Shown: one piece after another, positions 20,892 through 33,766 of the stretch
How the letters are laid out: the number at the start of each line of letters is the position of its first letter
How positions within the stretch are numbered: position 1 is the first letter of the stretch
The notes under the pieces: generated by a model
Databases searched by the model: none
Seen by the model: only the letters and a program-made list of their open reading frames with translations
Told to the model about the DNA's origin: nothing
Source of the DNA: Oopsacas minuta
Taxonomy: Eukaryota; Animalia; Porifera
NCBI GenBank assembly: GCA_024704765.1
Contig: JAKMXF010000022.1
Coordinates: 697,055-761,054, forward strand
Length of the DNA: 64,000 nucleotides
Direction of reading: 5' to 3'
Made by a program: the position numbers and the translations under genes

Positions 20892-23800
20892 TTAATGGAA
20901 GCTAAAGACATACTCAATTAACGTATAACAACCTGCCTGTCACTCCTGTACAATCAGCATATAATATACTGCTGCAATACTTACTTTCATCGCCAATCAA
21001 GCATGTTAAATACAGTTTAAATATTTCTACCAATATATTACATGCACTGTTTCATTAACTGTGTTATATTACTTAAATTCTAAGCAGTACAAAATGTTTG
21101 TACTCAGATCTAATTGTATCTGTCTTTTACATTTGTATATCTGATGGAGTTCGAGTTAATACATTTTCATTTATTCATATTCAGTTATTTAATAATTACT
21201 TTTGCGAGGTAATTGGCAATAACATATTGTCTTACACGTAGCATAATTTTAATAATTATATAATTTGAACTGATTATTAAAGTATTTTCCTATTAATTAC
21301 ATATTTGTGTGATGTTTGATCATCATGTATCCAGATGCAACATTCTTGTTCAGATATCAAAAAGGCGTTTTCATACTTTACTACGCACGTAGGAAACTAG
21401 GCATATTCATTATTATATTGTGTGATATCTCTAGCAAGGAGACGCCCCGTTTTTTCTTAGTATTAATATCTGAAATAGACTTTCTCTACATTGGTTTAAA
21501 TATATTGATGTTGAGTCCAAGTGCCAATTTGTCCCAATCCGCTATTTTATTCACATGAATCGGAAGGTTTCTAGCTATTAGTTACTGGGACATATTGACA
21601 CTTGGACTACAATATCTTTTTACTTGAACTCGAAGAGTTGTTCAAACTCAATCTGCCAATTTCCCTCTTGTTTCCATTTCAAACAGATTGGAATGCATTA
21701 TGGACACCAGATTGAAGCATATCGAAAGCATAGTTAGCACTATACATTCTCACGGAATATATCAAATTCAGATCATTAGCTAGTTTACTATTACTGGATT
21801 TCCATTTAATCGCTGAGTTCTGAATTCCTACTTTTCGAAGACCATTTACAGATTCGAATCTGGTTTATTTCAACCCGAACAACTTTCATACTCAAGTTCT
21901 GTTCATTATTTCTGAATCATTATTTTAAATCGTTCAGAAATAATGGACACAACATGTAGTTAGTAAAACTTCATCATGCTTATGCTTAACTATAGAAGTT
22001 CCTGAAGCTTATTGTGTAATATGGCTCTAATTTGTTGTATTTCTTGTTTAATAATTCCTTGATTATATTTTCTTTTGATTTGTATTAATAGTCTCTTCGC
22101 TTGCGATGAATTCGGAGCTTTTACAACTTGGGTATAATTTATACTACAAATTGACTGCCCCAATTTAGAAATTTCATATTTAGTTAAATTCATAACATAT
22201 GTCTTAGAGAGTATATATCTACCTACGTGTATACATGATATTTGGCTAATTTGTTAACTATATACTCATAAACAAACAATAAATTATTCCATTATTCATG
22301 ATAAAGTATGTGTAAATTATTCTACAATATGTGATGAATATTTGGGAAATTTTTTGAGATAATAATCCATAATCTGTTTCATAGATTCTATTTTTATGCA
22401 ATCGACACCAGTTATTCACCACCTACCTTCAATTATGTTAATTCACAGCACACATGCACACAGTTATTTATTTAGCCTACGTACATCGTAATACTATTCT
22501 CAGGAAATATAAAATGATACAAATATCATGTCTACATTCTTGTTAATTAGTTACGAGACTTATTTGCTGTTAAAATATCTGTACAATTATATCCAAACAT
22601 GATTTGATTCATATGAACGAAACCGAATACAGGAATTCCTCTTAGCTCCTATTACGCTGCGTTTCCTTTAATGACATTAGCATTATAGTGTAGTGTACGT
22701 ATGTATTTTTAGAAGTTGTATTAGAGTGAAGCCCATGTCTAGATTCTAGCTTCTAGAGATAGAATCTCGGTTGTAATTTTAATGAAATGCTGAATGCTTT
22801 ACCCTGTAAACATTATCTGTATTACGATATACTGATTTGATCATTCTTATTTCGTTGTGTCTATAAGATATAGATTTATCTCTCTACACTGTCCATTTGC
22901 TGTTTGTTTATTCGTTAGATCTTCCAATCTATTACATAGTTCACCTGCATTTTCATTAATGAGTATTGTTATAATTGATGCAAATCCAATTAACGATTGG
23001 TTCCAATCCCTGTTACAATATTATAAATTATATTTGATAAAGATCATTCTACGTTACCTGACACAGGTGTGTACTGATTGCTGCCTTACAGTTGCAGCAC
23101 AACTTTCTTAATTATGTTAATATAAATATTTTTGAATAATATTATGGCATCAAAGTGATGTTATCTCCAATATTGTAGGGTATTATCGTGATTGATTATT
23201 TTGTTATAGACTCCACCTGTATTTATGATACATCATTAATTATTCAGTGTATAATTTGATAATTTGCTTCAGATTTTGTAGTCATTAAGGTTTTGAGGAT
23301 ATCAAATATTATTTTGAGTCATATTTCACTAAGTTAATATGTACTTAACTATTATTTTGGTTGAAGAAATTCAGAAAATTTATTAAGATTCGAATAACGT
23401 CTACCTTCGTAACTTAATCTTAGTATTATTTTCTTATTTCGTCACTTTCCCTAAAAGTGACGAATTGTTTTGTGTTTGTACTAAGAATTAAAGTTGGAAT
23501 GAAATATAGATGACGAACCTAAGACTAGAAACATTTTATTAGAAAATTTCTCTAGGAACGTATTTTAACTATTCATCACTTGAAGTTTTCATTAAAAAAT
23601 CGTTCTTCCGTCACGAAATACATATAAACTATATTTAGCAAAGTTAATTATTATCTAATTGCATTAACAAAGACACCAGAGTTCTAATTGAACCAGTAGG
23701 TGCTTTGAATTTGAGAATAGAATTATGTTCTCATTTTTCAATTTGGCTGATTTTGTACTGAAGCAACATCTGCAACACCTGAAGTTATTCTGTGGATGAG

Positions 23801-26800
23801 TATGCAGGTGTAGTTATTCATTCAGCTCATTCCAGTAATATAGTAATAGTAATTCTATATTGAAAATATTTGATACATGACCCATTCATCTCATGATTTC
23901 ATCTAGTCTTATGATTAAATGATTTATAATTATGTCATTGTATATTGTATATTACATCTTATGGAATATCAGCATGAACTTTGGCGAGTGTCGGCTATGC
24001 CATCATGTCATAATTGTATAATTATTAAATAACTATGTTGGATTCTGATGTTGAGGAATACCATCAGTCATTCAGTGGATATTAATATTTATTATTCGTT
24101 AATTTATTCATCCTTTTGTTTGCAAATGCCAGAATATTTAAGCAATTTATAATTGACACTATTCAATTGGATTACAACATGCACTAATACTAGAAATAAT
24201 AATTTCCATTTTAGAATTACTAATAATTAGTATGTTTATACTGCTCGGAAAACTTAATTCTTCAAATGAAGAATGTCTCAACAAAATCATCTCAAAAGAG
24301 AATTATCTATGATTAACTAGAGATATGAGAGGGAGTAGTGCATTAACTTAATGCTTCATTTTATCCTTCGTTGTTCACAAGTTTACCGGGCTTCACTGTT
24401 TATCGTAATTCTTTTCTATTTTGTTAAGTAATTCCCCAAATTGTATTATGAGTATTTCTTCTATCTTTTAGTGCTAAGCCCCATCAATTACTAACACTAC
24501 GAATTTTACCCAGTAATCTCATTAAGATCGACTTAATAATCTAGTCTAGTACTTATACGTTTTCACTGAGATACACTAAGACTAATTACTGAGCGTATTC
24601 GTTGGATTCCCTTTTCATGACAATGATGATCTCACTTTTATCGCTGAGCTCACTTTTTGAGTAAAAATATGCGTTTTTTTGCTACTTTTGAATAGAATCT
24701 AAATTATACTATAAATGTGCTGTATTTTCACAAATTCATTAAACTATATTTGTTGTATTTCAGGTGGCATTTGATCTATTTGATATTTATTTTCTATTCT
24801 CCACTTCTCCAGCTTGGTATAATCTGATATTTAGTTAATCTATATCTTTCACTGAATTCTCGAATCATGGCAGATGTACATTATATTTGACATCATGTAC
24901 GTTGATATTTTAATCTCTTTTGTAAGATCTCACTTATCTATTGTAGAAATTATACATATGCTTGAGATCGCCTTTTATCCAGGCGTACTGGATATAATTA
25001 AAGTATTACTATTTCTGGGATGAGCTGAATTAATAACTACTCAGGTTATTAATACATTATCCATGAATTTTATTAATCGCATAAACTACTGCTTAGTTTG
25101 GACAATTTCTTCGAACCTCCTTCTATTTTCTTTGCCTCGGTTACATCTAGCGCCTCCTCATACCTATCCTTTTGTACTCGTGCCTTCTGCTTTCCCATCT
25201 GGGTCCCCTTGAGGTATAGTTATAATTTTTGTAATTAGTGATATATCAGTGCTATTTTCTAAAAAGCTGATATGATAGACTAATACATCTTGATGGCCTT
25301 ATTCCCCAGAAATATCCTGCCTCTCACTACAATTTCCATGATACCTCACAGAAACAAGCAAAATTAGTTAATGCTGCCTCATATTCCCCATTGTATGTCA
25401 GCAATAATCGTATGTACATTTTGATGAAGCCAATTCAACTAGTTACATACTTAACCAAAAATTTTTTGAATAAATGGGTACCTTGTGTAGAGATTAACAT
25501 CTTTATTCAGCTTTGAATTGCCTTGAGTTGTTCACCCAGCTGTTTAAACATATGATTATTGTGTAGTAAATAAGTCTCTTCGAGCTTCGTATCCTTCATT
25601 TGTCCCATTTCTATATTAGGAACATATTTACCAATGGCGTATTTTCATTCTACCATTCACCATAATTTCGTTTCGACATTCAAAAAATTATTATTAGAGC
25701 ATTAATCTTTTCTAAGGTCGATCCCGATCCTTTCAATAATCATGTTTATTATATGATTAATCAAATGATGTATGCTTCTAGATTTACAAATTGTTGGCTA
25801 TGAAAATCTCAGAATAGCATAAAGTCTGTTAATGAGGAACATGTTTTAGCTCCACAAGATGTCCATTTAAGCATTCGTGTGGGTGGCATTTCATTATCAT
25901 TATCTCATTACTTTATGACGTTATCTGATACAAAATGGTAATTCTTGGAAAATTTCAATGACTCTACTTCGAAATATGTTCTTATAATCTTGTTAAAAGA
26001 AGGTCTGTTAAGATATAATCACTACTATTCACCCGTTAGTTAATACATATATTGTGTAAGTCAAATTTCACTGAAAATAGTTGAATAATAACAATAATGA
26101 CAATATTCATTCGGCAGTTAAATTGATGCGGGCAGTAAACTTTCCAATTAACAGTGGCCATATGCTTATCCCCTATTATCACTGACAAAAATGTTAAATA
26201 GTAATTCTTGCATATAATTTTTTACATTGAAGTTTGTGAAATTCAATTTTTCGCCGTACGAAAAGATACAGTCGAACAAAATTATCGAAACTACTCAATA
26301 ATTAGAAGATTTATCTTTATTTACCCATTTCATCTCCATAAATAAATAACAACAGTTAGTGAATTCGTTTGTTTATTTATAGTATTACTACTAATATTAC
26401 TGTAATGACAATATTAATAAACAGGCATTATCAAAATTAATATTATGAATATTTTGTTTCTAACAATACTACATTAATTTGTTTGAATATCTTTTGGCAG
26501 GTTACATTCGAATGAAACTTGCTTACACATCAATGAATCATAAGTCTCTGATATTGGAGATATCATATTATTCTGATTTTGCAGCCATCCAGGCGTAGCC
26601 ATTTGGTCTCCAAAGTCGAAATTCACTGGTACTACCTTACACATATCAGTGTGTTCCTAAAGATAAATAAACTATTGAAAACAAGAATCACATCTTTAAG
26701 ATTTCCTACATATGTAGGCATTCGTATGCATTTAACTTGCTTGAAAGACTGACAGGTGATTCTTACCCTGACCAATGATTATTTTCCTTTTGATCACCTT

Positions 26801-26966
26801 TATGGAAAGATTCCATTTAATTTCAAGCTAACTTATATATCCTAATTGGATTACAACCAGTGTTCATTATCCAATATTAATTGCAATAACTAATTTGAAT
26901 ATTAATTTCAATGGCCTCATAATGTTACTCCATTTTATTATATTTTATTCTAATTACTCTTTAATA

Positions 26967-27515
26967 TTACCAATCGCTTACCAAATTATGCAATGGATTG
27001 TCTCTATGATTTGGAACACACTCTAATTCCAGCTCCGTGCCAATCGCACAAGACTCTGACTTTATTGCTAGCGGTGTTCTGTTGAACTGCTCTGTGTGTA
27101 TGTTGTATCTTCTAGGCGGTTGTGACAGCATGCAATCCAGTTTTATGTCATCACTAGGCATCAAACTTGTGTGAGTCGTTTCTCTCAAAAGCGCGGCTAG
27201 ATCTGCTATGTACATTGTTGCTAACTTTAATGTTGCTATTTTTGACAATTTTCTATCAGAAGGGTAGCATGGCACCAGCGTTCGAAGCTTATCGAAAGCG
27301 TAGTTAACAGTATGCATCCTACATCTTTCGCGTGCGTTTGCGGCCATCCTCCTAATCTTTTTTAGTCCATCTATTTGTGATTTGTGAGAATGTTTAAAAT
27401 TCGAATGGGTTGTCCTTCTCAGCACTGACTCGACCGAAATAGGACTGCCGAGACTTCTTTCACTCGATGAAGGTGAAAATGTTTGTGTAATGTTATTTGC
27501 TTGGCTATTGTCCAT
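26967..27515 (-). CDS. Group A bHLH transcription factor (atonal/twist superfamily), intronless, 182 aa
   Basis: [52 protein letters not shown]. Confidence 0.92.
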   Translation of the reverse strand: MDNSQANNITQTFSPSSSERSLGSPISVESVLRRTTHSNFKHSHKSQIDGLKKIRRMAANARERCRMHTVNYAFDKLRTLVPCYPSDRKLSKIATLKLATMYIADLAALLRETTHTSLMPSDDIKLDCMLSQPPRRYNIHTEQFNRTPLAIKSESCAIGTELELECVPNHRDNPLHNLVSDW

Positions 27516-27708
27516 TGTTATTGTTCTTTCTCAATGTTATTAAGTCGCGGACTTTATTTTATTTAGATATTCACCCTGCTTTCTGTCAGCTATATATACA
27601 ATCCGTTGCTGCATCTTCGTATGCACCCACTGCTTTACAATATGGATTCTTATAACTGACTATCTATAATACGCAATAATTATAAACAGTTACAGGTCTA
27701 TTGCAATA

Positions 27709-27777
27709 CAGTAGAACTCGGATAAGACGTACTAATTTCTGTTTCCCGAGGGGGTACGTCTTATCCGAGTTCTACTG
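27709..27777. mobile_element. 69-bp MITE with perfect 24-bp TIRs, ~190 bp upstream of the bHLH start
   Basis: TA|CAGTAGAACTCGGATAAGACGTAC ... GTACGTCTTATCCGAGTTCTACTG|TA. Confidence 0.85.
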
Positions 27778-29974
27778 TAATTTCAATTTATCATATTTGA
27801 AAATTGCGTACAGTAATTCATTGAATAGCTCGACACATATATCGGAGAACTAGTAACGACTACAGTACGTATATTCCACTTTCTTCCCCGCTATTATATT
27901 CTTAACTAAAACATGAATATTCCTATTTTGTATATTCAAATACATTATCTCTCAATGTTTATTATCCTATAACGTAAATTTAGCGTACTGAGCAGGATCA
28001 AATATCATTAATATTTTAATTTCCAAAAAGCCTATACACTTCAAAGACAACAAAAGATTTCTACTATCAAAATTTTACTGATTTCGAAGAGGAACAGATG
28101 TGCAAAGAGCATTAATTAATTGTTAAGTACTCAATAATAATACGTACGTAGATAATAGTTCTCTTTTAAGAAGTAGTTTATTATTATGGAGATCCTGAAC
28201 TCTAACATTGTGACTGTAAGGGACTTCCTTCTTTCTCTATTACTGCACTGACTATTATTAAAGTGGTGAATACAATAATAGCACATCTATAAGCAATGTA
28301 AATCTCTTCAGTTTGCATTATTTAAGAGAAGCAAACTAACTGCTATCGGATAATGTCAAAAATTACAAATTTGGTGAATTAACTGGCCAAGGAAATTTAT
28401 ATCCGCTCGCAGTACAGTAGATATATTCCGTGTGCTTAGTAATTTAAGTTATTTAACCTAGTCCAGATAATTATAGAACCTTTGAATTTCCTTTTTCTTT
28501 CTGATTTAGAATTGTTTCTTTTTTGAGAGCATTTGGAGATTTTAAGTGATTTTATTTATTTACCATCTCGGACTCTGTAGCTGTATGTACACGCTGGCCA
28601 GAATAATTATACAAGTGTAAACTAACAACTAGAAATTTATCTAATTCATATATCATGTTGATTATTTGTATAATTTTCTTCTTTGAAATAATTTACTTCC
28701 ATATGGTGATTGTTTATCCTACATATTTTGCACTAAATTCATATAGATGCATCTGTTTATCTTTACGTGTATCATGTGAGATGTTTTCTACACTTTATCA
28801 TGACCATCTATTGCATCATCTACTAAACATTTCATATGGTACACACCAACTGGTTAAAATTACTTTTCCAGTAGCAGTCTCTTTGTTGAGTGATAAGTTG
28901 CCTATTCCTTTCACTCTTTCTCTCTTTATCGTTATGTTCTTCGAATGGGATAACCTTCACTTTATCAATTGTAATTATTTTCTGCGTATTTGCGTTGCTA
29001 GTGTGTAGCTCATTCAAACATCATCCATGCTAGACAGAGAAGCCACTCTCAATGATTCATAATTTCTCATCTTAATTGATTGAAAATCGGGAATAGGAAT
29101 AACTGGTAACTACGTACCTGATATAACCAGTTGAATGTGACTAATATCCATTCTGAGTATTTATTTCTAATCATATAGTAATCATATTTACAATGTGTAA
29201 CAGCATTTTTCATTCTCACTTCAAAATTATCCGAATTGTTTAGATCCTTAATTTTGACAATTCTTGCAAGTTTTAGCATATTCCTAAACCCTTTTATTCG
29301 AAATCATTTCATAGAAATATTTCTACGTGATTCAATTGCTACTCATATCTTTTCTTGATTAGTTCACCTTTCAATATTGTGTACGTATTCTCAAATTGTT
29401 TTATTTATTTCTATGTATATTATTGTATAGCAATTGATTTCATGGATTTTAGTGCTAATAGAGGAATTCACTTTACCATATGATTCGTACCATAATTATA
29501 ATCAATTTGTATAATTAAATGAGATTTATACTCAAATATTTCAACATTTTGCATCCCAACTTACATGTTTGAAAATCTAGTAATATTGTCTTGAGAGTAC
29601 GTAGTATCTAATAATATATTATCAAAAATAATTGTTGAGAAACCCTGCTCTCTCAACAATGGCAATTATTTGGTTTATTTGAAAATCTAAAAATATCGAC
29701 ATGTTTGAAGTGGAGTTGAACAGAAGCTCTCTGTTCTTCTGTCACGTGTTTCTTACTTTCAATAATTAGCATTTTCTTGTGACATGGATATTTTGGCCCG
29801 CCAAATGTAAATAATTGCAATTTGGAGTAAATTTCTCCATTTAATTTTGGTCAGTTCCAATTTAACTAATTTATATTTGAAGCTCAAAATTTATATTTCT
29901 TTCCGGTCAACGATTCAACGATATCCTCCCTCGTAAATATATCTATCTCACTTCATTACGTCACTCTCTTTGCC

Positions 29975-30211
29975 ATGGAGCCTCCAAAGTTCAATCATCA
30001 AGTGATTATCGAATTAGTAAAAAGTCACTTCACAGATCCTAAAACCAAAATATCGCCTGAAGCTAGTGGAATGATACCTAAAATAGTTGAAGCCTTCGTG
30101 ATGGAGGCGATACACAGATCTATTAAAGAAGCGAGATCTGAGCAGATGGAAGAAGTACAGTTACATCACTTGGAAAAAATTCTACCAACTCTTCTCTTAG
30201 ACTTTTATTAA
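29975..30211 (+). CDS. CENPX: CENP-X / MHF2 histone-fold protein
   Basis: FTDPKTKISPEA..FVMEAIHRS..V.L.HLEKILPTLLLDF matches CENP-X. Confidence 0.9.
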   Translation: MEPPKFNHQVIIELVKSHFTDPKTKISPEASGMIPKIVEAFVMEAIHRSIKEARSEQMEEVQLHHLEKILPTLLLDFY

Positions 30212-31645
30212 TTCTTAGATTTGAACGATTAGTGTAGTTATTTCATTGTAGATTTGTTTCAACCTTATTGTTATGAAAATGGATAATTCTGATAATTTAC
30301 AAAGGGATGGAATTTATTATGTATTCCAGAGTTATTTTGACATATAACAGTATTTTTTATTCCTTTCATCTAAATATTAAAGTTTGAGAGATTATATGTA
30401 TCTCCAGAACATTGTTCAGTATAGATAGGACCGGCTGGTGGGGGCTTAATCCCCCTTGTCTACGGCGGCATTGTCCTGGTTGAGAACCACTGATCTAGTC
30501 AAAATTATCTTATTCCGATAAGTGACACACTTGAATAATTGGAGTCCTTCTTTTGTTTCAATCACCTCAATAATTTCTACGCACTCTAACCAATAGTTTG
30601 TGTGATATTATAATTGGATAAATTGTGAATTCAGAATGTGTTTAAGTTGCGGTACTAGCTAATTCCAAATCAATACAATACTTATACAATCCAATCCTTA
30701 TCGCTCTTCATTTCCAAACTACAATTATTTTCCATCCACAAACACAATCTGTGCCAAATCATTCACACTATCAGCTATTATTTTTCCTTAAGAAAACCGT
30801 TAGTTGCTTTATGCAGTTTTTTGATTTCGTAATAACAATATGGAACGCTTTCAAGGCTAGCTCCGCTCCTTTATATTCTCTCTATAGGAATCTAGAGATG
30901 TTGCAACCTTAATTTGAGGTTATCATTTACTCTCATAGCCTAAAATCTAATTGATTAATGGCTCTTTTCAAGTAAAATGTTTTCCGTTATCCTAATTACA
31001 AGGCGTAAGGAAATCTTGGCAGGAGCATATTGAATCCTCCAAGGTCCAGAATTCAACGTTAATAAGGCAAAACGTCAATAAATTAATAATTTATCTTCTA
31101 GCTTCAATTGGTAATATTATTCAAATTTCACACACTAATCTCATCGATACTAATTATTGTTTTGATGCTATATTAGACGGCTGTTAAGTTACACTCTATT
31201 ATCCAGGCAGGATAAATGTTTTATCGATCTTTGACTATACCAGTGTGCCATCTGTTTCCTGGAATCAATTATCTTATCTTCGAAGGCATTAGAATGTTGC
31301 TAAATACAAAATACAACACAACAATGATTTTGATAACACCACCTATCTTGTGTGATCAGAAGGGCTGTTTAGCCTGATAACTCATTGATTAATATCTACA
31401 GTTGTCCAGGTCACATAGCGACGCGTGAAATGAATTGATTACGTAATTAAGTATAATTTAACTAAAGAATATAATTATATTTATTGAGCAAATAGTTCTA
31501 TTATTACTTGATGACCATAATTCGAAATTTATTTTGTTATCCAAATCCCAATTTACCTTCAAAAATCCAAATCTCATTTCTTATAATATGTTTTTGTTTA
31601 TTCCTATTTTCGCATTCTTTAGGTCACTATAGTTACCTACTCTCG

Positions 31646-33766
31646 ATGTCTCTGATCCTAGACCCCGATGACTTAGTAGTATGTCCTTACGATCCTGTAC
31701 ACAGAGTTGCAGCAAAGAAATTACCTTATCACATCAGCAAATGTCGAAAACAATACGACAAGTATGTTGAGTATCGAACATGTCCATTCAATGCTCGACA
31801 CGTAGTCCCTGCTCCAGAATTCCAATACCATATGGAGACCTGTGATGCTAAGGGCGCTATTGACATGGAAATTGCATTCGAACAGAGTAAACATGAAGTG
31901 AGTAACACTACCAAAGGGTGTACAGATATTCCTCCTGTACCTAACTGGGACAAACCTGATCAAACCGAGAATTGGGATAACGAAGATGAGGACGCATTAC
32001 CTGTGCTCAAACCCCAACCCATTAATAAGTTCGATCTCCCCCCCAATGTTCTCCGCCCTACTCCTAGACCAATCTCTAAATTCGAATCAAACACTCCTCC
32101 TTACTCTAGAAAGATGTCTCCCAACAGGTTCTCCTCTCCTGATAGCAGGAAGTCACCTCATAGAGGAGGACGCAATGTATCCGGTCCACGATCCTACCGC
32201 GACAGTCCTGTACAATCTTATCATGGAGATGAGCACTTGCCACTACCTACTGTAGAACCTCGTTCCACTCCTGATTCAGATAACGGGCCAATAGTTAATC
32301 AAGAAGATTTCCCTCCTCTCCCCAAGCAACCTTCTTCCTTCAAACCAATTACTAAATACCACGATCCTCCTACAACTAGCTCAAGAAATCAGAAAGTTAT
32401 CGCTCCCCCTCCCCCTCAACAACGAAACTTTTCACGAACAAAAATGGAAGAAATCCGTGTAGTACATCTTTCTCAATCTTCTCAGCAGGAAAGTCCTTCC
32501 TTTACTCAAATCTCTGATAATGAGCAACGTATTTCTCCTCGCCGGTATGAACAAGAACTCCAACCACAGCAACCACCACTACCACCACCACCTCCACCAC
32601 AACCAATATACAACTATCAACAACAACAACAACAACATATACCTCCTTATCAACAACATACGCAACCTTTGGAATACACCAATCAACCACCAGCTCCACT
32701 CCCTCCTCAATCTTACCAGCAGCCATATCCTCCTCATCCTCAGCAAGTATTCTACAACCCTCACATACCTGCAAACGATCTTTCACATTACATACCTCCT
32801 GCTATGCAAGTACCTCAGCCTTCTCCCAATTACTATATGCAACAACAACAACAACAACAACAACAACAACCTCTTCCTCCTCAACAATACTATCATAACC
32901 CACAACACCCCAATACTTACCACATGCAGCCTAGTGATCAATATTATGCACCCCAACAGTCTTACAATCCTAATCCTCAACCTAATTACTCCTATCAATA
33001 TGCTTCACCATCCGCGAGTCAAGTGCCTCTTCAAAGGGCCCCTGGTCCCAGACTGAACAGTGCTCCTGAACATCTGTCCCAAAACCCGTCCCACATGCAC
33101 CATAATCCCCCTCCCAATCAGGTGTTTAATCCTGTCCTACAGGGGAATAATTTCAACCCCTCAGGGGTTGCTCCCACGACTCAATGCGATCAGTCCTCAT
33201 TTGTCTCTTCTAGTAATTTCTCTCCTGGAAGGGGGCGTGCTAGAGGTGTATATACAGGTCCACCTCCTAAGTCAGATCATCGTTCCACTCAAAATCCTTA
33301 TTCAATTCAATCTTTAGCTCCACAAATGGAACAGCTGCAGCTCTCCATGCCTCAGCAACAGCTTTATCCTCACCATCAGGGTGAATACACTGAAGTACAC
33401 AGTAACATGACTAATACACCCCATCAGTATTCTCAACAGAGTATGCATACAAATTATAATCAACAAAGTAATCCACCTAATCAAATTCCCGATTCTTCTA
33501 TGTCCCATTCTACAGCACAGGCACCTTCTCAGACTCAGCCAGAAACTTTCTGCCCTTCTCAAACCATGATCTTTGAGCCTCATAGGGTAATGCAGTATCC
33601 AAAGCCTGGCGGAGCTGCTAACATGCTGGAGCTGGATCGTGTTAAGTTCTCCCTGGCTCATATTCAGCTTATAGAACACAAGCGTGAGAAAGGCTCACCG
33701 TTAACTAAGGAGGAGGAGGATCTCCTCGCTTCTAAGAGCAGCCTCTCAGAGAAGCTAAAAGCTTAA
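31646..33766 (+). CDS. GTSF1: GTSF1/Asterix-like protein: twin CHHC zinc fingers plus a long P/Q/Y/N-rich region; about 706 aa
   Basis: CPYDPVHRVAAKKLPYHISKC and CPFNARHVVPAPEFQYHMETC, followed by an acidic Trp-containing segment (NWDKPDQTENWDNEDED). Start placed at ATG 31646; the upstream TTG extension is not supported. Confidence 0.85.
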   Translation: MSLILDPDDLVVCPYDPVHRVAAKKLPYHISKCRKQYDKYVEYRTCPFNARHVVPAPEFQYHMETCDAKGAIDMEIAFEQSKHEVSNTTKGCTDIPPVPNWDKPDQTENWDNEDEDALPVLKPQPINKFDLPPNVLRPTPRPISKFESNTPPYSRKMSPNRFSSPDSRKSPHRGGRNVSGPRSYRDSPVQSYHGDEHLPLPTVEPRSTPDSDNGPIVNQEDFPPLPKQPSSFKPITKYHDPPTTSSRNQKVIAPPPPQQRNFSRTKMEEIRVVHLSQSSQQESPSFTQISDNEQRISPRRYEQELQPQQPPLPPPPPPQPIYNYQQQQQQHIPPYQQHTQPLEYTNQPPAPLPPQSYQQPYPPHPQQVFYNPHIPANDLSHYIPPAMQVPQPSPNYYMQQQQQQQQQQPLPPQQYYHNPQHPNTYHMQPSDQYYAPQQSYNPNPQPNYSYQYASPSASQVPLQRAPGPRLNSAPEHLSQNPSHMHHNPPPNQVFNPVLQGNNFNPSGVAPTTQCDQSSFVSSSNFSPGRGRARGVYTGPPPKSDHRSTQNPYSIQSLAPQMEQLQLSMPQQQLYPHHQGEYTEVHSNMTNTPHQYSQQSMHTNYNQQSNPPNQIPDSSMSHSTAQAPSQTQPETFCPSQTMIFEPHRVMQYPKPGGAANMLELDRVKFSLAHIQLIEHKREKGSPLTKEEEDLLASKSSLSEKLKA

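Noticed and set aside
21380-21590. Minus-strand frame with a death-domain-like phrase (IADWDKLALGLNI)
   Set aside because: Flanked by stops, no further conserved positions; compatible with chance or a very decayed relic.
25050-25680. Protein-like minus-strand stretches (e.g. YLKGTQMGKQKARVQKDRYEEALD)
   Set aside because: Short, interrupted by stops, no recognisable family.
31508-31645. Hydrophobic N-terminal extension of GTSF1
   Set aside because: TTG start in T-rich UTR-like sequence; homologues begin just before the first zinc finger.
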